NCBI GenBank assembly: GCA_973895155.1
Contig: OZ316895.1
Location: 15,940,816-16,004,815 of the forward strand
Origin: Marsupella aquatica
Lineage: Eukaryota; Plantae; Marchantiophyta
DNA length: 64,000 nt
Direction: 5' to 3'
The notes beneath the pieces were generated by a model. It was not told the origin of the DNA and did not search any database. It worked only from the letters and a program-made list of their open reading frames with translations. Below are positions 24,086-35,342 of the stretch, piece by piece (position 1 is the stretch's first letter; every line of letters starts with the position of its first letter). A program made the position numbers and the translations under genes.

Positions 24086-27000
24086 ATGGCACAATTGCCA
24101 CAGAATACGTTAGGTGTGGGTAGAACTCCAAAGTTGCCGCTCTTCCATCCAGCTAGAGTACAACATCGTGATGATGCTTTGTGGGTTCGAGAACAGAAGG
24201 CCTGCCACAAGAGTGGGGACCATAAGATGTACTGCCCTTGTGTGAACTGCAAAGGGAATTATAGGACTAATCGGAATACTGCTAGACTGCACCTTATTAA
24301 ACATGGTCGGTACCCTGCATGTCGAGTGTGGGTGGGAGAGGGACAGGACTCTTCTGATGAAGAGTGGGGTGCTGACTACATGTCACAACATGGCCCTGAG
24401 GCATTGAGGGTAGCAAACCTTCAGCAGGCAACCTGTGCACAACAGCCAACTGTAGATGTTGAAGAACATTTATTTGTAGATGTTCCAGAGTATCCAACTG
24501 TGGATGTTCCAGAGTATCCAACTGTGGATGTTCAAGAACATCCAACTATAGATGTCGAAGAACATATCAGGGCTCTACTGGAAGAAACGTTGCTGAGAAC
24601 CAGTGAAGAATCCCCTGAGCATGAGCTAGATGATCAGGACCGTTTTGACTTGGATTTTGTACTTGGGGATGATGAGAGTGAAGGAGGTGCCCATCCTGTA
24701 AACCCCCTTGAAACCTCCAAAACTCCTGTGGAGACTGATCCTGCACAGTTATCTTTAGATGCAGCAATGCAACCTTTGTTCCCAGGCAGCAAAATAGATG
24801 TTGTGTCATTCATGTTGCTTCTGCTGAACATCTGTCATGGCCATGGATTCTCAAACAAAGGAGTGAATGCATTGTTGTCTTTGATGGGGGAGCATGGTAT
24901 GCCTACAGAGCATAATCTGCCCAAGAACTTATATGCTGCAAAGCAGCTATTGAGAAAGCTTGGCTTGGATTATGAGAGAATCCCTGTCTGTGAGAAAGGT
25001 TGTATGCTCTTTAGGGGTGAGAATGCCAAGTTAGAAAACTGTTCAGTGTGTCAGCAGCCCAAGATGAAGAGAGTGGGGAATTCATTACAGGCAAGGAAGG
25101 TAGTGCGGTATTTCCCTATAATTCCCAGGTTGAAGAGATTGTATGCCACTGCTGGTACATCTAAACTCATGACTTGGCATCATGAGAATAGAAGCACAGA
25201 CAACATGGTTCGGCACGCAGCAGATTCAAAGGCTTGGAAGCATGTGGATACAAATATTGATCGGGAATTTGCAGCTGAACCAAGGAATGTGCGATTTGGG
25301 TTGGCACTTGATGGGGTGAATCCCTTTGGGAATAATTCCACAGCTTGGTCTACCTGGCCAATACTGTTGTTGAATTACAATTTACCTCCTTGGCTTACCA
25401 CCAAGAAGTTCTTTGTCATGCTAGCTATGCTGATTCCAGGACCTGATTCAGTAACAGAGGAACAGCTAGACATAATATTGGGCCCATTCTATGAGGAGTT
25501 GGAGCTGTTGTGGAAGAAAGGAGTGCCCTGCTTTGACAAATTGCCACGCCCAGGATTGTCTCAACACTTCAACCTTAGGGCTGTGCTATTGTGGACAATC
25601 AATGATTACCCTGCATATGGTTTAATATCTGGACAACAACACTCTGGATACAAAGGATGTGTCATCTGTGGGCCAGAATGTGTGGCACGTGGTTCTAAGC
25701 ACTTGCAGAAATTAGAGTACAGTGGCCACCGTCGATGGTTAGCAACAAGGCATCTTTTTCGTAGACCAGATAGTGCACAATACTTTGATGGTGCAATTGA
25801 GAGTCGACCTGCACCGTGTAGAATGACAAGCTCTGATAGAAAGAAGTGGGGAGACGAGACAACAGAATATTTGAAGAAGGGAGGAACCAAGGTTGAGGAT
25901 GAGAAATGCCCCATAAAGGTGCATGGAGTGAAGAGGGCTACTGGTCTGTACAAGTTGCCCTATTGGAATGTAAGACTCCATACTACTACAATGAATTTCT
26001 GCAATCTCTTCATATGACTTTGAAATATATTCTCTTCATATACTTCCTGTAGCCCAGATTTTGTAATTGTTGTATTCAATGCACTAATTTCTGAATTGTG
26101 TCCACTGCACAAACTACTGCCCAGTGATGCCAAAAGTTGTATTCAATGCCCTAATTTCTGAATTGTGTGTCCACTGCAGAAACTACTCATTAACCATTGT
26201 CTAGATCCCATGCACTGTGAGAAGAATCTTGCACACAACATTGTGCACACTATCATTGGGACCAAGGACACTCCTTCTGTGAGAGAAGACATGAAGCTCT
26301 TACAGGTGCGCCAACACCTATGGCTTGTACCCAATCCAGCTCCCAAGCGTAAGGATGACAAATTGTTGATGCCCCCAGCCCCATATTGCCTGAGCAAGAA
26401 GGAAAGAACAAGGTTCTTGGAGGTTTTATTGACCTTGAAAGGGCCCACTGGTTTTTCAAGTTCTTTGGCAAAGTGTGTTACAAAATCCAAGAAACTCTCT
26501 GGGTTGAAATCACATGATTTCCACCAACTCATGCAACAGATTCTCCCTCTGGCAACAATGGGATTACTTGATGAAGGGGTTCGCTTGGCCATAGCTGGGG
26601 TGAGCAATATCTATCGCCAGATCTGTACGAAGGTGTGGGACCCTTCAATGTATGAGAATTTGATGATGGATGTTGCATTCACTCTCTGCATTTTGGAAAT
26701 CCATTTTCCACCAAGCTTCTTTGATGTCATGACCCATTTAATGATTCACCTAGTGGAGGAATTAGACTTGTGTGGCCCAGTTACAGGCAGATGGATGTAC
26801 CCAATAGAGAGGAACCTGAAGGTATTGAAGGGTTATGTACGAAACAAGGCACGTCCAGAGGCTTCTATGGCTGAAGGCTATGTATTAGATGAGTCTTTGG
26901 GATTTCTTTCTGAATACATGATTGATGCAAAGGGAGAGGGAAAACGAACCTGGGAGTTGGAGGAGGATGCTGGCGTTGCAGGCATTGTTTTGGAAGGGGC

Positions 27001-28079
27001 TGCAAAGGCGATAACTTTGGATTGGTCTGAAATGATGGCCATGCATCATTATATATTAGAGAATGAAGAGACAGTGGCTCCATGGTATAGGTACATAAAC
27101 CCTAGAAACTCTCCTATCCTTAGGCATATGGATCATAATTATGTTTCCCCATTGTGTTTGTATATTCATGGTGGATCGTGCACTAATGTCTTCAGTGTTG
27201 TTGTTGCCATGCAGGATATATGATGCTACCAATGAGACTGTTACCAAACGAAGAGTGGATTTCCGGAAGGAGTGGATGAGGAAGCCTGCCAATCGAAGAA
27301 AACCAGTGGAATTTCCCGTAGACTGCCAAGAATTGCCACCTTTCAGGGAATGGTTTCAAACATTAGTCAATACCCATAATTTTGAGAAAGAGTCTGAGCG
27401 GTCATTACTATCTGCATACTCCACACCACCTAGTTTGAAGGCACGACTGTATAGGGCATGTAGAGCCTATGGGCACCATTGGAGGACTATTCCATCCTTG
27501 GGGTGTTTGAGTGATTGTGATTCTGGTGCTTTCAGCACTTTTGATTCTGGGATGGCTTCTACATTCACTGAGAAGCGAGTGGACAGGTCTGGTGCAACCA
27601 TAGAAGAATCTGTACAGTATGTAGGGGCCTTGACAGATATCTTGGTACTGAATTATGGCAGCTTGAGGAAAGAGGTGATTCTTTTCAAAGGGAAATGGGC
27701 AGATCCATCATGGACTCCTAAATCCTCTGCCAGTATGAGGTATACCAAGTCTGGTCTTTGGCAGGTGAATTTCCATAGAGAACTGGGTGTGTCCAAGAAA
27801 ATGGATTACGTTTTCCCAAAGCAAGTGGAGCAGGTTTTCTTCCACCCCAATGAGAAGGGGATAGCATGGAGAACAATCCTCCACAAAGAATCCAGGTCCA
27901 CAAGGGTGTTAGGTGATTACACAGACGTTGATTTCCATGCTACAATGGAAAACAATGTCAAATTACACATCGAATTGGCTAAGGCCTGTAGGTCCAGAGA
28001 AAATCCAGGACCAAGTACTGGTCCCAAACGAGGCAGAGATGCAGAGGGATCTGCAAGAAAGGGCAGGCCTAAGCAGTGA
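24086..28079 (+). CDS. CACTA TnpD/Tnp2 transposase; exons 24086-25969, 26180-27090, 27215-28079 (about 1219 aa)
   Basis: N-terminal CPC..C transposase-associated domain; Transposase_21 motifs RHAADSKAW, RNVRFGLALDGVNPF, YNLPPW, NDYPAYG; LDPMHCEKN, GLKSHDFH, FPPSFFDVMTHL, RWMYPIER (DUF4218); DUF4216-like exon 3. GT-AG introns give an in-frame 3660 nt. Confidence 0.93.
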
Positions 28080-28177
28080 ATAGGTTTTAGCTAGGTGTGT
28101 GAAGTCCATAGATGGACTACATGTATGGACTATTTATGAAATCAGACTAATGGTTTATCCATTTGTGCAGTTGGTGA

Positions 28178-31100
28178 ATGCAGCCTGTGAAAGGAAGATT
28201 GCAAGGGTTGTCACATTCTGTGAATCCTTATGAGGAGGCCCGAAATCGGAACATAGAGCATAATGTCAGAATTATGCGTGATCTAGGACTGGGGCCAGAC
28301 TGCAAGCTGATGTGTGTGTTGATATGTCTATTGCAAATTTGATTCAGTAGATGGAGTTGTCAGGTTCATGTTCTGTTTTCATATTCCAGATTGGTCTCAT
28401 ACTAGTATGGATCCTGTACATAAGTACTAGTGTTATGGTGTTGTAGATTCATTTTGCATGTATGTTTGATCTGCATTGGTGTATGTTGATGATTGCTTTG
28501 TTCCTTAGAGGCCCAACCACACATGTACAACGAGAGAGAGGAAAGCCTGCTTTGGTGAAAGGTACTTCAACTGAAACATTGCCAAAGAGGAGGAGCTCTA
28601 GACTATCAGAAGTTACCAAGGTGAACATGGCAGAGTTTGGTGATGATGGCTATGGTTCTCCTTCTGAGTATGACACTGAGGATTCTGACATTGGAGGGTC
28701 AGAACCAGAGAGTGCACAACAGGTAATGCTTGAACTTCATCATCCTAATAGGAAGGGATCCTTGTCCCTTTTTCAAATTATATGTTGATATGCTTACGTT
28801 GTCCATGATGTAGGTACAGAAACAAAATCGTGGTCCTAAGAAGACTGGGCCTGGTGGAGGTGGGCTAGTGAGATGTTGGAAAGACCCAGACACTGGACTC
28901 TTATATGAAAGTGAGTGGATTGTACTGTTCTACTTTTCAGGTGTGTTTGGAAGTTGATATTCTACTTGGAAATGAAATTAATTGAAGTGCTTTGGTGTTG
29001 TGTGTTTGTTTAGTGGTTCCATCAGCATCTGAAGGCAGATCAGGTCAATCTGATGTACTACATTCCAGAGGATCTTCAGGTAATACACAATCTGCTCGTG
29101 TTGCATATGCAAGTACATTTGCTCAACTTTTCAATCATGTACATATTTTTTGATTGAATGCATGTGTGTGCATTGCAGGAGGGGCCTCTGAGATGCGCAG
29201 GGAACGAAGGCATGCTAAGAAGCAGTTTGATAATACTGCCAAACAACGAAGGGATTGCGGAGAGGTGCCCAAACACATTAAAGTGAGTATTGTACTTGTT
29301 TGTAGATTTAGACAAATCTGATCCTCTCTGTTGTTGTGTGTATAAAACTTGGACTCTGCATAAATTCCAGAGTTATGATCTGACATTGTCTATGAAATGC
29401 AGATTTATGACAATGATATTGATGATTCTGATGGCAACAAACAATACTGGCTGGAGGAACTTCGTGGCAACGTACTCAGAGTCTTTGATGTATCAAAGCC
29501 AAAATGGACTGATCATCCACAAGTTCATACAACCACAGTGTGGAATAACATGGCAGCTGAGTGGGAGTATGTGGGTGGGGAATTTATTAACACCAAATTC
29601 CAGAGTCATTGTCGTGGCATATTGAAGAGAGAGCGCCATAAAATGCATGTTTATTGGAAGAAAGTTTGCAATGAGGATCCAACCAAACTTGGGCCATCTG
29701 GTGTTGATCCAAAGAAATGGGCAGCTTTGGTATCTCATTTTACCAGTCCAGCATTGATATCTTTGAGTAAACAGATGACTGATAAAAGAGCACGAGTGCA
29801 AGATACCTCTCACTTTGGAAGGGGAGGGCATGCTGCAGCAGCAAAGAGAATGGTAAATTGTCTATCATTTTCACTATCAATTCTGTCTTGTTTGTGAATC
29901 TTGATGAAAACAAACTCTGTGATTTCTCATTCATTGTGTGTTTGAACAGAAGCAGAAGAGAGGATCAAGCCCAGGTATATCTGACCTGAAAGAAAACCAT
30001 GGTAGTCAGGGTTCATTGCCAAAGGTGACAATGAGCCCATCATTGGCAAGTGCAGAAGGTCAGACTGGTAGTTTTGTGGGAGCAAAGGTGAGCCCATCAT
30101 TGGCAAGTGGGGAGGGTAAAAGTGCTAGCTTACTGGGGCAAGGAAACAGACATGGATCAGCTGTGAGTATTGTCATACCAATTTGATTTGTACATCATTC
30201 TCCATTTGACAGAGCCAGTGTTGTGTCGTTTGTAAGTTTGACAGTGAGACTGTTGTGTTGGTTTGTGGTTCATTTACAGACCCCACATTCAAAAGAAGAG
30301 ATCACTGCCATTGGGGCTGTGAAATTGGATGTCGCTGAGTTGAAAGGCACTGTGAGGGAGTTGACAAACATGATGACTACGTGGATGGCACATCACCCCA
30401 GTAATGCACAAGTTCCAACAGTTGTGCCTAGTCACAGTAAGTTGACTACAACTACCAAACAAGGTAGTAGAAAGCGATCTCTTACTTTTTCAGGCGATAA
30501 TGAAGGTAAAATTCTCTATCATGTATACACTGTCCATTCAATGTAATTATTGTGATGTGTATATGTCATTGCATGTTTATAATGTTCTTGCATGTTTTTA
30601 GTGTGATTATATGTTGTTGGTGTATACATGTTTGTTTATGCATTTCTTTTGTGTGTGTTTTATGACAGCATCTTTAGGGGAGCCTCCTGTGTCGCAGGGA
30701 AGACCAACTGACACAGCTAACAGTACTCTAAAGCAAACTGAATTGGAAGTGAACCTTTTGCCATCTAAGTTGCCCAAAGAAGCCATTTCAGATGTCTTTC
30801 AGTTGCCAGAGGATAAGTCGACTCAGTTGACACCAGATGTAACCCCAGAATCATCTGAGTTGCCAAAAGAAACTCCCATTCCAAGTGAACAGGATGACAC
30901 TCCATCAACTAGAAAGGGAAAGAAGAAAAGGAAGAAAGGATCCTCAGCAAATGCATCACCTGCACAGAAGAAACCAATGCAGTCTCCTAACCCCGTTGCA
31001 AAGGTAAATGTGTGTTTGATTTGAGTGTTCTTCTATCTTTCAATTTCTGTTTATTGCATTTTTAACAAAATGTGTTGTTCACAGTTTGCAAGAGGAGATT

Positions 31101-31345
31101 TGGTGAAGATGAAGAGCGTTGTGGACAATTCCATGATAGTGGCAGAAGGTGAGGTGACAGGGCTGCCAGGAGAAGATAAGTTTCATTGTGCAGATTTTGA
31201 AAGCCCTTTCTTGCGAGTGCGTGTGATTGAAGTGTTTGTAGATGTGGCATTGCCATTTGCCAATTCAGGGGAGAACCAGTCTAAATTATCTGATGTGAAA
31301 GGGATGAATGCCCTATGGAACTCTAGATTGCTTAAGAAGCAATAG
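28178..31345 (+). CDS. CACTA TnpA-like/ORF2 protein (Ptta/En-Spm), multi-exon; exon limits approximate
   Basis: N-terminal NPYEEARNRNIEHNVRIMRDLGL motif; core exon about 29402-29852 (W..LV..F.S......S......R.......HFGRGG); last exon VAEGEV...LRVRV..V..ALPF...L.D..G...LW typical of the Tnp1/En-Spm C-terminus. Confidence 0.75.
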
Positions 31346-32800
31346 AAATAGCACTCTATCAAGAAACAATAGACATGATAGAATGACAACTCTGTTTTTC
31401 TATAAACATGCAGAGTGATTGGTATGTCAGGTTGTAACAATTGACAATCTAATATTATTGATGTCAATGTAATTTTGTTTCATAAATTTGCATTGAGTTC
31501 AATATTTACCGTGAGACTTATGAAGGTATCTTGTATGAATATCAATTGGATTTGTGATATATATCGAATGTTTCTTTAAGTTTTCATTTAGCAACTCTAT
31601 TGAATGGCTTTGTAATATATGATTTTTGATTGACATCAAGTTTTATCTATCATGATCACTTAAATTTGAATTTCTCCAAATCATTGAATACTTCGTCTGA
31701 ATGATTGGCTTGAATGACTAAATGACTAGCTAGAATGACTGATGTAATGGTCATTATTCACAACTATCTTTGTGACCAATATGACTCAACTCTGGTCATT
31801 AAAGACATAGACTAAATGATTCAAAGAATGACATATACAATGACCTTTCTCATGGTCATTATAAACAAGTCCACTATGACTCACTTTATGTCATTCAAGA
31901 CATGTCATTAATGACTAATGTGTATCTTTACGTGTCTTCTCCCAATTGAACCACGTGTCTCAATATGACTTGTTTATACTGTAGTCATTTTGGACACGTC
32001 CAAAATGACCCAAATATATTGCCAAATGGTGAATCCTCTTTGAACCACGTGTCACTATTTGATTTGTTATATAATGTACGTCATTTTGGACTGTCCAAAA
32101 TGACCAATGTTATTAGTTTTTTTATTGCCACGTGTCGTTGTGTGATTGGGTACGGGGACCATCGACGGTCAACGGCAATTGACCGTCGATGGTGATTTGT
32201 GTCGTCATTTTGGACCGTTCAACATTTATGACCATATCATAAAAACGGTCATTTAGGATAGTATGAAATGACCACATGTTTTTAGCGTCATTTGTCCAAA
32301 AGGACCGTGACCAAAATGTCCGTTGTGACGTGTCTGGAAAGACGAGAACAATTGCGTCATTGTTTTGTTAAAAAGACCTGATTAATAGTCATTGTTTTGG
32401 TCATAAAATACATTGTTTTCTACTAGTGCTTGAAGCCACAACCAATTCGCAAACTGGCTACGTTCGATCACGTCAGCCAAACCTCCAATTAAATTGCTTC
32501 TACCTTGTCTTGTCCCTAAGCTTTGTACTTTGTAGGCTTTTGAGTGTAGCTGTATGCTTACTTAAATAAATGGATTCTTGTTAAGGTGGTTCAGGTGACA
32601 TCTGCCTTTTGAAACATACCGATTGTGCGCCTTCAGACTTGGTTCAACATTCTTTGATCAAGTAAGTGTCTGCGAACAGTTATTAGTCCTCTGCAATTTG
32701 TTTACTACAGTAGTAAGTGCCGATTGCAAATTAAGTCTTCAATAGTATTAATTCTCAGGTATGTGCTTGCAGGGGTCAATTCATTCCATTGCTCACAGTC

Positions 32801-33417
32801 ATGGATGTTGGGCAGTCGTCTCATGTAGTATGCTTTGATAGCGATCTTCAATCCATTTCTGAATTGCTTGACGAATGGAAGCCATCATCCATTCCCTACA
32901 AGTACATTGAATGGCTAACTGTTAGCACCCTTCACTCAAACAAGGAATTGGATTGCCTTGTCAATACAAAAGGGTTGGCTCTGGCTTGGGAATCATTGTG
33001 TCTGACATCCCACAATAGGCTCCAGAACTCTCATATTGAAAGTCTAGCTATTGCCAACAATGTCATGTCTGGAAAATGGATGATTTTTGTTGACAACCAT
33101 GTTGTAGACACCCACTGGGCAGAAATTGCTGCAGCTATTGTGAAGGGTTATCTGGCGACTGTTGCCAAGGTTTCCACCTGTCATACCAAACCTCTGAAGT
33201 CTGGATTTCCCAAAGAGGAAAAGATCCCTCAAGGTCAACATGTCATTTGTGTGTGGTTGATAATTTTACCGACATTGAGGGTTTTTTTGGTCTAAGGGAT
33301 CGCCTTCAAGGTTTAGGGTTTAATGATACTCTATTATATAAGCCTGATGCATACTCTGTTTGCGGGGTGTATACATGCAATAGGCTTGGCCTCTTGGCTG
33401 CTAAATACGCAGCTTGA
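32801..33417 (+). pseudogene. DUF1917/UPF0696 (C11orf68/Bles03-like) gene inside the MULE, with one frameshift at about 33255
   Basis: L.EWKPS, LA....V.SGKWMIF....VD..W..IA.A...G.L...AKVST, HVICV; after a 1-nt shift: VDNFTD....GLRDRLQGLGFNDTLLYKPDAYSVCGVY..N, then stop. Confidence 0.75.
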
Positions 33418-33559
33418 CATGGCCTGGGTTTGTTGGGCTCTAGTAGACATGATGCATTGTGCAATGTCACTGATCATTGCCTTCTTTAGGTTCCTTCAAG
33501 GGCCTCTAAACCGCCCGGTACTTTGCTGAGTCTCCTCATACCATTGAGAAAAAGAGATT

Positions 33560-34986
33560 TTGGGTGCAGGTCGGGTGTCCCAAATCATCCATTCAGCCTC
33601 AATCTTGTCCCTCTCCATTGTGTGAATGGAGCAAACCCTCAAAAAATCAGCAGACCTGTTCATGCGGACCTGTGCTCGTTGGTTTGGGACAACACCAAAG
33701 AGCGTCGGTCCTCTTTGCCGACGCTCATTTTGATTTGCCTCCTATTGCAAGAGAGAGATATTAGTGATGTAGTAGGTGCTTGCAGTGATAGTCAAATAGA
33801 AATCAATTCAATGATATGGTATGACATGTATGAAACCCTCTCACTGGTGTTACCTGTGTGTGTAGCATCCATCCCAAAAAAAGGTTGAACATGGATGAAG
33901 GCATTTTGTGAAGATGCTGGTGCCATGAAAATTCTGCGGAATCGATTGTTAGTTTCATATGTTTCATATAGGACGTGTGATCCAGGGTCGATATGTTTCA
34001 CTTTAGCCACATATGCTGGAATCATCTGGAAGGAAGTGCCATGATCACCACCTGGCTTTTGGATAACTTTCCGCCGTGCTCGTTGCATGTGCAGTCCATA
34101 CAGTCGTATCTGCAAAATGGATATCACGAATGTGCCCTCTCAAGTCTTTATTGGACGTGTTAGGGTTAACACGGATGCTTGACTGTACCTTTTCCTCTAC
34201 CCATCGTCTCTTATGAGCACCATGTCTTCACTTGTGTGACGATTGTGAACAAGTGTGGATAAGGTAACTTTTCTGTATGCAAACTCTACCACTTTCTTTC
34301 ATGTGCCTAACATAAAGTTCAGCTTTGTAGGAGTTCAAATCATTCACATCAAACCCTCTACACTTACCCATGAATCTGGTTTTATTCCTAGCTAATCTGG
34401 TGAAACTCCATCCTGCTTTGGCCTCATATTCATCTAATGCTCTATTAAATTCATTCCAAGACACATACTGTTGCCCTTTGAGCAATTTCAGTTCCAACTC
34501 AGATGGTTGATGATTGTTCACAAATCCTGCATGACAATTGCCAATCATAGTTAAACAAGGGAACTGAACCAGAAATGAATAAATGTTGACAAATGAATGA
34601 GCTGGGGGTACATACCCTGTACCTGATTCCGTTGGATCTAAGACCGAGTGAAAGTCATCTTGGACAAGCTCACTGATATCAATATGTGGATATTTCTTAG
34701 GGTTCTACCTCAATTCTGTATGGCCTTCAGAACCGCAGGTTCATTCAGGATAGTCATTGTCATCAAATGTGGGCAATGATTCTTCTTCAGTGTTGTCACT
34801 AGAAGATCCAGAATCAGTGGTGTGATAGGATTGACATTGCAGGTCATGTTCGTGTGAATCTGGCCAAGATCCAGAACCAGAGATATCTTCAGGGTCCATG
34901 GTGTATGTGCCCCGCTTTAACTCCTGTGCATTATTCACAGTAGTTACAATCTTGGGAATTTGAACATCCTGGTTATGATTTTGCAT
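33560..34986 (-). pseudogene. MuDR/MULE transposase remnant (N-terminal DNA-binding region and start of the DDE domain; core deleted)
   Basis: KGQQYVSWNEFNRALDEY (MuDR DNA-binding-like); SFQMIPAYVAKV..IDPGS; FRRIFMA......AF....PFFGMDATH (first catalytic D). Confidence 0.8.
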
Positions 34987-35227
34987 TCAATGTATGTAAG
35001 TTACATTTCACATCTTTGTTGCCAACGAATAGCATCACTATTTTCAGCAACAAAGGAAACATCTATAAAGTTTAAGTCTCCACCTGATGTCAAAAATTGC
35101 TTCACCCAAGAGTCGGGCATGAGCAATCAATGAATTGTCGAAGTTGTTCCAATATATATAACCTCCCTGCTGCGCCCCAATTCTCCACCTCACCACTTCC
35201 AGCTAGGCAGCCCTCCTTTCGCAGCAT

Positions 35228-35342
35228 AGCATGCCCCCCGGTTTTTGTAGTGCAGTGCAGTTTGATAGCCTCAATCGCAGCGCAGCATGCCCCCTGGTTT
35301 TTGTAGTGCAGTGCAGTTTGATAGCCTCAATCGCAGCGCAGC
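35228..35342 (+). repeat. About 56-bp tandem duplication in the MULE right arm
   Basis: gcatgcccc..ggtttttgtagtgcagtgcagtttgatagcctcaatcgcagcgca occurs twice. Confidence 0.85.

Larger units (their letters stand above)
13408..32428 (+). mobile_element. CACTA/En-Spm DNA transposon, 19,021 bp, apparently full-length
   Basis: TIRs CACTAGAAGAAAACA and TGTTTTCTACTAGTG (14/15 match); 3-bp TSD CTT at 13405-13407 and 32429-32431; ATGAC/GTCAT-rich subterminal repeats at both ends; TnpD and TnpA-like genes. Confidence 0.96.
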
